A stretch of 64,000 nt of DNA from the human T2T-CHM13v2.0 reference genome, Homo sapiens, in assembly GCF_009914755.1 (NCBI RefSeq), contig NC_060925.1, one strand, 5' to 3'. This document shows, piece after piece, positions 15,912 through 30,503 of this stretch (position 1 is its first letter; each line of letters begins with the position of its first letter). The position numbers and the translations under genes are program-made. The notes beneath the pieces are model-generated. The model had not been told where the DNA came from and searched no databases. It was given only the letters and a program-made list of their open reading frames with translations.

Positions 15912-18872
15912 GGAGAAAAACTATAAGGAAAGATTTGTGAGTTCAAAATACTTACATACAATACGTTGGTAAATTTTTTGGAGCAGATACAAGTCAACAT
16001 ATAATGTTCATTACAGTAGTATGTGATTAAGTGCTGTATTTAAGCTTTTTGTATACTGTTACTTTGGAAATTAGTGACTAGTTAGATTTTCTCAGGTTTT
16101 TTTTCTCTCCCTTCCGTCCCCAAAATATGGTTTTGCAGGCATGTGTGGCCAAGGTTGAGGTGAGGGGGACACCACTTGATGACATACTGGAATCTTCTAT
16201 GTGCAAAATTTTCCCTGGGAGGAAGGCCCATGAGAAAGCCTGGGAGGAGGACCAGAATCAGCCTCCTGGTGTGAAATCCAAAGGGTTGAAGGAAAATCGA
16301 TTTGATTGAACTGAAAAAGTAGGTCAGAAATTGAGAGAAGGAGCGGGCCAGGATGTGAGTGTGGATAAGTTGGCAAAGGTCAAACACAAGTACCTGACCA
16401 CCTGGCAATGGAATAGGAACTGGGATGCGCATTACAGAGGACTTTAGCGAGAACTCCCATTCCAAAGGGGGAAATGAGTTCTTGGAGGAAGCAGAGGAAA
16501 AAGCTCCATCCCTCCAAGACTAAGCGGGTGGATCAGAGCTGCACAAGCCATTAAGCCCCTACCCCGGGCTCCCTCAGTGGAGGGCGGGAGCCTGCCGCGT
16601 CCCGACTGGGCATCAAGGGGCCTTTTTGGGTCTCCCTGCTCCGTGTATAGGGTGTTTATGAAGTAAAGGCAGGGTCAAAGACTGTGCTAGAGCAATTGAC
16701 AGTAATTTTGTTGTTTCCAAATGAGGAGACATTTGGCCAGTTGCTCATGTTCCTCAGCCAGCCAGGGGGCTTGTGACCCAGAGCAGATGACAGCACAGGA
16801 CAGCTGGCATCAACCCCTGGAAGGGGTAGTTGGTTCTTCAGTTGACAGTTTTTACCACACTCTCGTATGCTGGAGCAGGAGTACAGGCAGGGAAGGCTGC
16901 CGGCTCCTCCCGGCCTGGTCGCTTCACCATGGTTACAACACCAAAGCAGTGGCTGATGGGGGCTGCTCAGCAGTCCTTTCACTGTGTGTGTTAGCTACTT
17001 CTACTTATAAAACAAGGACCAAAAATGCAGATTTGTGTTATTAGACAGTTGAAATATAAACAGCCTAAATGCTTATAAGAGCCAGAGGGGAGGAGGGCTG
17101 TTTGCCAATGTATAGGAAGCCCAGCTGAACAACTGTACTTAACTAGCAAGCTACTCCTGTAAATATTTGCAAACTCCCCTTCAAAGCTCAAAAGCCTAGG
17201 ACAGGATCATTGGATGATTTGCTTAGAAGAAGAAGAAACAAAATTGACCTCATGGTCTGAGGCAGCCATAAAAAGAAAAGAGTGTGGATGGGCAGAGGAC
17301 CAGAAAAGGGGGGAAAAAAATGGTCCAAAGTTTAATAAACACAAAAGAGATAAAAATAAATCTCAAGAGCACTTATTTACAAACTTGATGGAAGGATAAG
17401 ATTGAGGCAGGCGTGTGTGAAAGATGGGTGTTTGTGAAAGTGGAAGAGGCCTGCAGGGATTCCACTGAAAGAGGCGGGGAAAATTGAATGAGATGTTTAC
17501 TCTTCCTAACGACAGGAAACACGCTAAATTAGCTTCTCTATTCCAGGATGCTCCTTCAAAGGATGTTTGAAGCTTCTGCTGTCTAATGCGGAGGCTCTGC
17601 GAAGATGAATGCAGCATCAGCCTGTGGAAGGTTTTGGCCAAGACGGTGTGCAATGCCAGAAAGCCTGGCCCCAGACTGGCCTAGGCTTCTCTGGTTGTCT
17701 GGCCTGTTTTCAGCTGAGCTGGTCGGCATAGGACCAGCTGTTCCAATCATGGGGGCGGGCATATTCCAGAGGAGAAAAAGTTCTATTTGTTCTCAGCAGC
17801 TACCTTGTCAAAATGCTGTGTGCTAGGGGGCTCCAAAAGCCTTTCTGCGTGCACCAGTGCCCCCTGGCCTGGAAGCCGCCCATCAACTAATTCGCAGTGG
17901 TGATGCGGCGGATCATCACCATGTCTGCATGAATACTTTTTTTCTTTGAAACCTGGATACTTTGGATTTTTTGGGGTTTTTTGTTTGTTTGTTTGTTTCT
18001 GAGACTTCTGACTCCTGGGTTATAAAGCCTCAATTCACACAGTCATTTTCTGAACCAGTATGGAGGAGACTGGTGTAGAAATTCCCCGCTTCTCCGTGGG
18101 CCTGTGTGCTGAGAGTCACACATATATAGGGGAAGGAGATGGGTTGGGAGAAAGTTCCTATGAAGGAAAAAATTCAGGCTCTTAAGATGAGAAAATGTTG
18201 GTGTGTTCCTAGCATCTTTTTTTCTTCAGTGTAATCGTCAGGGCATGGATTTCCCAATAAATCACGGAAGGTATTTATTTCTATTTTAAGATCGGCAAGA
18301 TGGCTCATTTATTTAATAAGAAGTTAGTGTTGCCAACAGTCAGATGCCTGAGTCTTTCAAGAGACTCCTGTTGATGACCAACTATGCAAACGGGATATTT
18401 GGTGAACCCTGTCCAGATACGTGGGAAAGAAGAAAGACCTGGCAAATACAGTCTCTGCCCTCAAGATTCTTAAAATTTCACAGGGGAAACAAAATAAACA
18501 AACATAATGCAGAAGTAATAAAAACATTTATAAAGAAACATGAACAACCGTGAATGATTATTTGTAATGAAGTCAGATAATTGAAGAGTGGGTAGAAAGA
18601 AATGGAGCCACTAGAGTTGGATGAAACACTCTGGAAAGGGGAAAGAAAGTGTGTAGGAGATTTTGGAAGAAGATTGTAGAAACATACCTGTAACAAGTGG
18701 TCTGCACAGTGTAGATGCTTCATAAATGAATATTGTATTTGAAAGCATGGAGTTAGAATAGGACCTGCTCTGGTCTTTGTATAGCCTCAGTTGCATATTC
18801 AAAGACATTGGCAGATTACAAAAAAAAAAAAAAAAAAAAAAGCCAGCACAACTCTAAAGCAACCCAGGAGCT

Positions 18873-19186
18873 TGATTGATTGATTGACTGATTGATATTT
18901 GAGATGGAACCTCACCCTATTGCCCAGGCTAGAGTATAGTGTTGTGATTTCAGCTCACTGCAGCCTCCGCCCCCGGGGTTCAAGCAATTCTCCTGCCTCA
19001 GTCTCCGGAGTAGATGGGATTACAGGTGCGCGCCACCACGCCTGGCTAATTTTTGTATTTTTAGTAGAAACAGGGTTTTGCCATGTTGGCCAGGGCTGGT
19101 CTCAAACTCCTGACCTTAAGTGGTCTGCCCACCTCAGCCTCCCAAAGTGTTGTTGGAATTACAGGCGTGACCCACTGTGCCCGTCC
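18873..19186 (-). mobile_element. AluSx-like with (GATT)n tail
   Basis: Full dimer; TSD cccag(g/a)agctt. Confidence 0.93.
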
Positions 19187-19928
19187 TTCCCAGAAGCTTT
19201 AAAATGTCATGTACCATCAGCAACTCTGTATTTTACATGGTTTAGAACTGAAGGAATTTGTGCCAATTCTTTTTCTTCATTAGCTAGGATGACCTCCCGC
19301 CAACAGACATTATCCTGCATAAAGAATTTTAAAACTGGATCTGGTATAAGCTAGTACGTGGGTTATACTTTTGTTTATTCAAATTTCCTCATCATAACTT
19401 GACTAGAGAATATGTTAAGTCATATGTGTGTGAAAAACTAAAATATTGAAGCCAAAAGAGATTCGATATATGAGCCTGGTTAAAAAAAGATTATTTGGAT
19501 GACAAACTTTCAAGGAAAAAAAATACATGGGCAAACTGCTGGCCATTAGGAACTATTTTCTTGGCACATCTGATTAAAGTGTATGCAGGCCTGACAGCTC
19601 TCTCCAGGCATGAACTGTCATAAACTTGTTCCAATTCAAAACCATCTATGATTTCCACCAGTCTGTCAGCCTTCAAAGGATGGGGTTAACTGCATGCTTT
19701 CAAATGGAGTTGGAAGTGGTTTGTTAATCTCTATTAATTTGCTACTCCTGTAACTAAATGCACATGTTTATTTTATTTCTTTTTTTTCTGGTTACATTGT
19801 TAATGGTATTAAACTGGCCGTTGGAAACTATTCTGTAGATATTTCCCTTATGGTTTCTTGGGATTATCTCACGCTACAGTCTTCTCTGAAAGCACAATGG
19901 ATTTTATCATTTTCAATGATTGCCCTAA

Positions 19929-20444
<516 letters not shown>

Positions 20445-20968
20445 CATTTAGGTTGTTGTAATGGGCAATCAGTTTGAGGTCTTAGAGTAAAAGAATTCTA
20501 GTGTCTTAGATTTTCTTAGCTGATATAAGCCATGCTATATATTCACAATCGTGATATAGGCCCTCATTTACTATTACTGTTCTAGTAATAGCTTGTTCCT
20601 AATCACTCAGGAGGGAAGAACCCTTTAGAATGCAGTATTGAAGCTCTGAGCACACTTCCTCAGTTGCATGAACAGCTGGAGTATGTACTCTTCAGAGGGT
20701 TTGGTTCCAGAAGTCAACCCGTTAAACTATAAAGTCAGATAATGTAGGTCCGATTTCTTCCTGGGGAACAGTCAGTTGACCTTCCTTTATTCATCCTATA
20801 GCTGTTTCTTTCTCCTTTTCTATGATTTTCTCTTTGTTTTCTTATTGTCTTCTCTCTTCCTTTTTCACTTTTTTCTCCTCTCTTTGCAACCTCCTTCTCT
20901 TTATTAACTTTATCCCGTTTCCTTTTCCTTTCTAATTCTACCCACTGTCTCCAGTCTACCCACTCAAT

Positions 20969-20996
20969 ACACACACACACACACACACACACACAC
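20969..20996. repeat. (AC)14 microsatellite
   Basis: Direct reading. Confidence 0.95.
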
Positions 20997-21140
20997 TTTC
21001 CTCCATTATTTGGACAGCCCTGATGTCTCCTGTTCTCATCTTTGTAGTGGAGTTGGAGTTGGTGGGCAGCTGCGTCAAAATATAATGATGATGATGATGA
21101 AATGCCAACTTGCTGAGATTTTTCAGAGATGTTCTTAAAA

Positions 21141-21309
21141 GCTTGTTACCCGAGTGTAGTCTACAGGGCATTTGCATCGGCATCACCTGAGGCTGTGAGA
21201 AATGTAGAATCTCAGGCCCCACCCTAGACTTTACAGAATCAGAATCCCCATTTTAACAAGATCCGCAGGTGCTTCTTGTGCACATTAAAGAGCCACTTGA
21301 AAAATCCTG
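21141..21309. mobile_element. MER5A-like hAT-Charlie
   Basis: catcacctg...agaaatgtagaatctcaggccccaccctagac...ttttaacaagatcc. Confidence 0.75.
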
Positions 21310-21871
21310 AGTCTGGTGCAGCCTTGTAAACAGGCAACTTAAATACATCCTGATGCCATATGAATAGTGGTACTTGCATATAGGGTATAGGCGGGGAAAT
21401 TTCACCAGGGAGCTGACATTTTGGTGAGGCCTTGAGACGTATCTATTAAAACCTGATGGGGGATCATCATTCTTGGCAGGAAGGGCAGGCACTGCAAAGA
21501 CAGTCTTGAATGGGCTTGCTGAGGGTACCTGATGCATAGCGCTCAGTGCCTGGAGGTGAGGAGAGACTGGGGAGAAGGTGGCCCTCCAAAGATAGTGTGT
21601 AGAGTGACACTACAGAGGATTAAGAAAAAACCCCTTGGGATCCCCGTGATAAGGGGTATATATGTGTGACAATATGATTAAAACATGGGATTACTTGAGA
21701 AAAAGAAATTGGCATCTATGTGCAGAAACCGCTAGTTTTTCTGGACTCTAATCATTTGGAATTTGTGATAATTAGGATCAAAATTTTCTTTGTATTCATT
21801 ATGAAAATGGAGAACTACCACACAAATGAATATGAGACCTGAAGAATAGTTTAAAATACTTAAAGCAGTCA

Positions 21872-22160
21872 TTTTGTTTTCTTTTTCTGTTTTTTTGTGA
21901 CAGCATCTTGCTCTGTCACCCAGGCTAGAATGCAGTGGTGCAGTCATAGCTCACTGCACCCTCAACTTCCAGGGCTCAAGCGATCCTACAGGTGTGCATC
22001 CCCACGCCTAACTCTAATGTATTTTTCTGTTTAATTTTTAGTACAGATGAGTTCTCGCTTTGTTGCCAAGGCTGGTCTCTTAATTCTTGAGCTCAAGAGA
22101 TCATCCCACCTCTGCTTCCCAATGTGCTGGGATTACAGGCATGAGGCACTGTGCCTGGCC
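21872..22160 (-). mobile_element. AluJ with internal deletion
   Basis: Diverged dimer, ctcaagcgatcct joined directly to acagg. Confidence 0.9.
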
Positions 22161-23561
22161 CCAGTTTTAAAGTACTAGTTCACATGTGTGTTCATGAAGA
22201 ATAATTCTTACTTATTTAAATAGGCCCTCGAGAACCTGTTTTTGAGACTTTTAAATCCTAACTGGCATTCTGGGTAGCACCAATGGGCCAGCCGTTGCTC
22301 GTCGCCCCAAGGTCAGAGAGCATGCTTGTGTGACCAGACACTATGCTGAGCAAAGACTCAGAAGTATTGTTTCCAATGATACTCACAGCTATACTATGAA
22401 GTTTGTACAATGAAGTATTCTTTCTGCTATTATATTCTTTTCCATTTCACAGAGAATGGTGCTAAATCCCAGAGAAATTAAGTAACTTGGCCAGGGTCAC
22501 ACAGGTGGGAAATGGCAGGGCTGGGATACAAATCCACCTCTGACTCCCAAGTCCCTCCTGCCCCTCACCACATACTATGCTATTCCTAGCAAAATTTTCC
22601 CTTTCTCTTACCCTTGGGATCAGCCAGAATAGAAGAATAATAAGACAAACTAGGCTAGAGGATGAAGTAATATTTGGAGGGGAAGCAAAAACTGGTTCCT
22701 ATGAAAAAAAGCCAGATTAAGGGTAGCCAGATAAATTACAAGATGATTTAAACAAACAAACAAAAAACATGATTATATCTCCTTTTTCTTCTCTTTTTTA
22801 CCAATTAAATCACCCTTAAATTTCCTTCTTTGCTGACGATAGCATCATAGGTTGCTCTCTTTGGCCCTACTTTAGTTACATGGCTTCAGTAAATTGGAGG
22901 CAGGGTCACCTAGGTCCTGTTACCTGTAATGGAAGCTGCTAAGTCCCTATTTTTCTGTGGCCCCTTGACCCTGTCCTCTGAGGAGTAGCCTCTGCCAGCA
23001 GGCTTGCCAATGGCTTTTTTCCTCCCAGGGCCCGTCCCATCTCCAGGAAAGGGTGCTTCTCTTGAGGCTGGCAACTTAGAGGACCTTAGTGAGTTCTTGG
23101 TAGATGTGCCTCAGAGGTTTCTGAAGCACCGGCTGCTCCATGACGCAAGTGACATGATGTGCATGGCTTAGAGTCCCACGCTTGAAAGAGGAACGGCCCA
23201 AGATGGAAGCTTTTAGTTTGGAGAAGCATGGGCACGTTCACTGTCACTATACACGGGCATCTGGAAGAAGAAGATTCTAGCAGAAAAATATAAAATAATA
23301 GCAATTTTTTTATCTTTCTGGGGCTCAGCTATACAACTCCTGAAGCACAGACAAGGTCCAGAGAGCAAGTCAAAGAGATCCTTGAACACCCGAAGAGAAG
23401 ACAACTCACACACACTTTTGATGGATCAGAAAGGCAGCCTCTTGTCTTTTATTGCTTCAACTAGTTTGACTATCTGTAGGGCCAGAAGAAATTAGAAGCA
23501 CTGAATTAAAAGAGGAGGGCTAGAGGAGGACACCGTGACATCAACAGCAGGTCCTTTAGAC

Positions 23562-24033
23562 CAGCAGTCCCCAGCCTTTTTGGCACCAGGGACCAGTTTT
23601 GTGGAATACAATTTTTCCACAGAGCATTACTTTTATTGTGCACTTTATTTCATTGTAATATATAATGAAATAATTATACAACTCACCATAATATAGAATC
23701 AGTGGGAGCGCTGAGCTTGTTTTCCTGCAACTATATATGGTCCCATCTGGCAGTGATGGGAGACAGTGTCCGATCATCAGGCATTTGATTATCATAAGGA
23801 GCGTGCAACCTAGATCCCTAGCACGTGCAGTTCACAATAGGGTTCTTGCTCCTTTGAGAATCTAATGCCGCCGCTAATCTGACAGGAGGTGGAGCTCAGG
23901 CAGTACTGCAAGCAATGGGGAGTGGCTGTAAACACAGATGAAGCTTTGCTTGCTTGCCTGCTGCTCACCTCCTGCTGTGCGGCCCGGCTCCTGATGGGCC
24001 ATGGACCTGTACCGTCCAGGTTGGGGACTTCTG
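23562..24033 (+). mobile_element. MER1A hAT-Charlie DNA transposon
   Basis: Termini cagcagtcccca...tggggacttctg; perfect 8-bp TSD ctttagac at 23554-23561 and 24034-24041. Confidence 0.92.
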
Positions 24034-25976
24034 CTTTAGACTAAAGATTTTTACCACTGTATCACAGTAACGCTATCTCAGATAATCAGACCACAGAAGC
24101 AATGCCTGTTGTGGACAAGTTTTCTGAATCTTACCCTGTTTATAGTTAACCCACTCTTTATCTCTTTGGCTTCCTGTCTGGCTTCTGACTTTTGCTTCTG
24201 GCCTCTTTATTTGGAGTCCTATTTTTAGTATGGTGTTCTCCAACTTTCCTTTTGTCTCCGGCTGCCATTTGGAGGTCTTTGTAGTCTTTGGTAATAAACT
24301 CCCATCTCTAGTCCTATTACAGGAATTGATGCCGATGGTAATAACCTTGAATTATGAAGATGAGGCTAAATTATAGTCAGGAAACTGAACACATGCAATA
24401 AATTTTACAGAGTTTCACATCCAAAATTGCTGAAATATTATTTTGGAAAAAAAAAACAGATTTGATGCTTAAATGGGCAGATCTTCAGCTATTTGGAAAG
24501 CTCAGCTCTTCAGAAGAACAAAACCTTTGAAGTTCTTGGATACCCTTTGATTACTGTACTACTTGACACACAATTGGCATCCTAATCCCTAGAGGAAAAC
24601 AGGGTGACTATGAAAAGGTTCTCAGGTCGTTTACATGGTTGTTTGGATTATTTATTAGGACTCTTCAGGACACTGATGTTCAGTAGGAGGAGAGTATGTA
24701 TGTGTGTACATGTGTGCACACGTGCCTGTGAACTTACATGTGAGCATAGGCACTCCACCAGGTTTGGAATCCCTGGGGGAGCTTTTACGAAGACTAACCA
24801 CAGTTTCCTTCAAGGGGATTCTGATTTTCCCTGGAAAGGAAAATGAGAGTTGCCTCGGCACAGATGTTGGTTTCAAAGAGCTCTCCTGGTGACTCACATG
24901 TGTGATTGTTCAGATTTGGATCTTCCAATTGGAATTCGCAGATTTAAAATATAGCCCAAGAGTTTTGAGTCATTCTGTCTCATAAAAATGCCGCCAGGTA
25001 TTCTTTTTAGAGTCACAATATGAGGCTGGATGGACGTAGGATAACAATTCTATACATGAGTTCAGGGTTTGTCTTGTCCAGAGCTGCGAAGGTCTATTGT
25101 TTCTCTCCACCTGGGATAGTTAGGAAACCCATGCTTCTGTTGAAGTCACTCTGAGCTTGTTTAAACCTGAAAGCTTGTGAACTTACGATTTTCATTACCC
25201 TCCCCTCTCTACAGAACAGTGTGTCAGAATATTAATGAATGATAGGAAAATAAAATCTTTCTTTCCTGCTTTCTCTAACCTCTTTCACGTTAACAAACTC
25301 TAAATAGCATCTACTGGTGTGATCAAGATAGGCTTCCCATGTATACCAATAATGGAGGGAATATGAGAGGGATAAAGTGTCTGAAAGATGAAGGGAAAGA
25401 GGAGAAAACAAAGATGAAAAACAACTGTTTTTAGATAGTAACGATCTTTGCCATATTTTTAAAGCTTTATGCCAAAGGCAGCCTTTATTGCGATATGTTC
25501 AGACAAAACTCCAGTGCTCTAGGAATGCATTCAAACCCATGATAGTTGTTATAGCTCTCAGCCCATTTGTAAATTTGAACACACCTTTCTTTGATTAAGT
25601 TTCCCCTGTATGTATGATTAAAATCATGACCAGAAGTATGAGGTAGAGGGAAAGAAAATAGGAAGGAGAATTCTCTTCAAGTTGAACATCTTCTATATGG
25701 GCAAGAACACCTGCTGTCTTGGAGTTGGATAAATCCCCATTTTACACATGAAGAAATGCTTGGGGAACTTAATGACATATCTAAGGGTACCCATAACTTC
25801 ATGGCCCTAAACAATCCTTTGGGACCACCAAAGAATACTTATATTTAAATTTGCTAACCTCAGAGGACTTGGAGCTCTCCAGTATTTCTAGTTTCTTCTC
25901 ACCAACTCACACCCTTTCAATAGTCATTTCTCATTTAAAACCTTACCACCTCCAGAATAGTATGATTCATACCACT

Positions 25977-26815
25977 GTCTGGGTTATCTATTTGCTGCAC
26001 AACAAGCTTCAAAATGTTGTGGCCTCAAATAATAATCATTTTGTTATACTTCACAAGTTTTTGTGGGTCAGAAATTTCATCAGAGCTTGGCTGGATATTG
26101 TCTTGCTCCATGTGGCTTTGGCTGGGGTCACTTGGTAGCATTTAGATGACAGTTGGGCTGGTCTGGAGGATTGATGATGGCTTTGTGCCTATGCTTGGAA
26201 CTTCAGTAGAATGACTGGAAGGCCGGGCTCAGCTGGGCTCCTCCCCCTAGATAGTCTCAGATGTCTCCATGTGGTGTTCCCAGAAGAGTAGTCTTGTTTC
26301 TTACATGGGGACTCAGGTGTGCAAATGTCTAAGGTAGAAACTGCAAGTCCTCTTAAAAACAGCCCAGAGGCTGGGCATGGTGGCTTACGCCTGTAATCCC
26401 AGCACTTTGAGAGGCTGAGGCAGGTGGATCTCTTGAGCCCAGGAGTTCAAGCCTGGGCAACATGGTGAAATACCATCTCTACTAAAAATACAAAAATTAC
26501 CCAGGCACAGTGGCACACACCTGTAATCCCAGCTACTCAGGAGGCTGAGGCAGGAGAATCGCTTGAACCCGGGAGGTGGAGGTTGCAGTGAGCAGAGAGA
26601 GATTGCACCACTGCACTCCAGCCTGGGCGACAGAGCCAAATTCAGTCTCAAAAAAAAAAAAAAAAAAATAGCAGGCCCAGAAATGACACAGTATCACTTT
26701 TGCCTTACTCTATTAATCAAATGAACTACAGGGCAGCCCAGATTCAAAGGGAAAGGAAATAGATCCCATATATCAATGGGAAATGTGTCAAAGAAGTTGC
26801 AGCCATCTTTAATCT
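25977..26815 (-). mobile_element. MLT1-type MaLR LTR interrupted by an Alu
   Basis: tatctatttgctgcacaaca...gtgggtcagaaattt...cagcccagattcaaggg-like MLT1 motifs on both sides of the Alu. Confidence 0.7.
26369..26668 (+). mobile_element. AluS
   Basis: Full dimer with poly(A); degenerate TSD ending gcccaga. Confidence 0.93.
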
Positions 26816-27754
26816 TGGAACACTAACCCACTGTGTAAAGTAAAGTAATAGTCAGCCGACTGTGAGTGTGCACCTCCTGGCATCAGCATCATACCTGGTG
26901 CCAGCCATCTGGAGATAAATTAGCCTCCACCTTCTGGTTACTCAGGGTCTTGTGAAGAAATGTACATATAAGTGATATCTGTCTATGAATAAACATATAC
27001 CCAAGATACTCTTAGAGCAAAAGCTGGAGAATTCAGAGAAATGCCTCAGAACTCATTCTTGCCAGAAAGGGAGTTGTGAGAATTTGCAGGCAACTTGCCA
27101 TCTTGGTTGGGCTCCTTTCGTGGGCAGACATGTAATTCCAAGGAACTGAGCCATATGCCTGAATCAAGAGATTCCTTTGAACCCAACAATATTTGTTGCA
27201 GAGATATCTGAATAGATTAGATTGAAACAGGAGTGGGTTTGGTTAATTGGTATGCATAGTATTATGTCAGAACGACCTTCCTCGTGTTTCAGTGTGCGTA
27301 CTCACATCCCAGGATTTGGTGACTACGTCTGTCCTCCCCGTTTACCTTATTGAGGCAGCATGGCATAGTATGCAATGGTATGGGCGTTGTGACCTAAGCT
27401 TTCTTAGTAATTCCCAATTAGCTTGGGGTTTATTATGAGGGTGAAATGAAATAATGTCTATGACGGCCAGGTGGGGAGTGCGTGTTCAACATGTGTTAGT
27501 TCCCTTCCTTTGCTGTCACTGCTTAGATTTTGACTTCTATGTCTTTGATTCCTCCAGTGGGAAGAGCTCTCTCCTGAGTTACCTGTGAAAGTCAGTTGCC
27601 AGGTTGTTTTTAAGACTGATTTATTAGCTTCAGAGCACTGAATAAAGTCATACAAAATTAACTCCCTGGGGGAAGCAGAGTGATGTATTAGGTTCATACA
27701 TCTTACAATATCAGGAGAAAAAGCCACTAAAATATTGCCTTTTCCCATGGGGCT

Positions 27755-28139
<385 letters not shown>

Positions 28140-28380
28140 TCACTGTTGGCGCTGGTAGAATATCATCTGCCAATGGGTTCCTGTTAATCAGTAGAAGAGA
28201 AATGTGCTGAGGTGAATTTAAAGGGGACCTTAGATTTCTTGACTGTGGCCTGAGAAGGCATCGGCGCTGTGCATTTCTACAGAGAGGCAGGGCATCCAGC
28301 TTCAGCTGAAGCCACCGCTAGCATGGCAAAGGGACCCCTCTCTCTACAGAAAACTGTCAAGACTTTGGCAAGTGAAAGTA

Positions 28381-28499
28381 CAGATGGTCCCCTATTTAAG
28401 ATTTTTTCAACTTTGTGATGGTGTAAAAGTGACTCAACTTACTTTTGTTCATACGTATGATATCAGGACACAATCCCGTTGTAAGTCGAGGAGCATCTG
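28381..28499. mobile_element. Tigger4-like (TcMar-Tigger) internally deleted element
   Basis: cagatggtcccc...gtaagtcgaggagcatctg termini flanked by TA. Confidence 0.75.
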
Positions 28500-29013
28500 T
28501 AAAATAAAATCTGCCCCCCATTTGCTCTGACCTCTTTCCTTCGGATTTTAATGTCTCATTGCATTTGCATTTAAACAGTAACCAGCTTGTCAAATGTGAT
28601 GAAATGTCATTTCTAGAGGCTATCGGTTGCAAGGATATAAAACAGTGGTGAAATCCTAAGTCATTTACATCCATTTAGTTTTGTATAGTAAATATTAACT
28701 GATTTTTCAGACTTGAGGATGATAGGGTGAATTGATGTTTATGGAGCAAAATAAGTAAGGGAAGATGGTAGTGGGGGGAGTGAATCATCAGCTACCTTTA
28801 CTGGACATTGCATATGTAACATCTCTGCAACAGATTTTAAAATGCACGTTCTTAAGGTTTCATAGTGAAAGTTCAGGGTAGATGGCCTAGGCCTACCTTT
28901 TAAGGGATTCTGATGCTGCAAAATTGAAAGGTGGGGTTTTTGTCATACCAGGGAGCACAGCACTAATGGGGTTAATGAAAATTGCCTCTTTTTCCTAACC
29001 CTAAACACATGTG

Positions 29014-29045
<32 letters not shown>

Positions 29046-29046
29046 C
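29014..29046. repeat. (CA)n microsatellite
   Basis: Direct reading. Confidence 0.9.
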
Positions 29047-29569
29047 GGTTCAGCTTTCATTTCTCATATTGCCCAAGGGGGTGTAAAATAAAAAGAGGTC
29101 AGCCAAAAAACTGTCTGTTAAATTAGACTTGCAAAAATGCTACTGACAAACAAACAAACAAACAAAAAGTCATACTGTGCTCCTGTTGTACATAATTTTA
29201 CAGCATACAATCTTCTTAATACTGATCCTAGCCCCGGCGCCACATTGGAGACATACATAGCATAGTAACCCACCTAAAAAAAGAATAAAAAACACCATGA
29301 GGTATAATAAACACTTTGTTTGCACAAGGCTATTAATATCTCAGGGTTTTTTTTCAAACTGATCAAATGGCGTGCTTGCCTCATAAGGAAACTGGATTGT
29401 TACCATTTGCATTAGGTTATAACATTAGTCAGCAGACAAGACCCCCCAAAAAGTAGAATGAACAGCAGACCTTCTCCACTGTATTCAAATAAATGTTAGT
29501 GAATATGCAATAGTAACTAATAATCTTATTCTTTTTTCATAATGTGACTCAGTAACAATATTGATAATT

Positions 29570-29975
29570 ATCGCTAATACTGATTACTGTGTGCTAAGGT
29601 AGGTACTGGTCTCATCCTTATTTTACAAGTGAGGAAACTAGGATACAGTGAAGTTCAGTAGCTTGCCCAGGCCAGGCAGGTAGGAAGAAGCAGAGCCAGG
29701 ATTTGAACCCAGGCGGTCTGACCCCAGGGATCATGCTCTTGACCATGATTCCATACTAGCAGAAAGAACACAGATTTTGGAGTTGATCAGGGTGGGTGCA
29801 AGGCATAGCTTTGGTCCTTTGGGGAGTCTGAGGAAGTCATGTCACTAACACTATTTCCACACCAGTAAAATGCAGATGAAAGCACCTACTTGGCAAAGAT
29901 TTTATAAGGCATAGAGATAATGCATGGAAACTTCTAGCACAGTATCTGTATCCTCAGCGGTTACTATTATTATCA
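29570..29975. mobile_element. Two adjacent MIRs in opposite orientation
   Basis: Minus MIR (attttacaagtgaggaaact...atttgaacccaggcggtctgac) followed by a plus MIR ending tattattat. Confidence 0.65.
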
Positions 29976-30153
29976 TTACAGTTTCCGAGCATTGAGTTTG
30001 AACTGTTGTAAGAAACAGTGTGAAATTTATGATCTGCTCAGAATCTGTTAAAAATGAATGCTTCCCCTAGCCCTTCTTGCTGTAGGGTCTGGGTTCTTGG
30101 TTGCTGTCCCAGGAGTTTGCTTCAGGGTCTCCTTCAAGAATATTTTCCACTCA

Positions 30154-30503
<350 letters not shown>

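Noticed and set aside
18820-18841. Isolated A22 tract
   Set aside because: No attached element or TSD seen; mainly an oligo-dT internal priming risk
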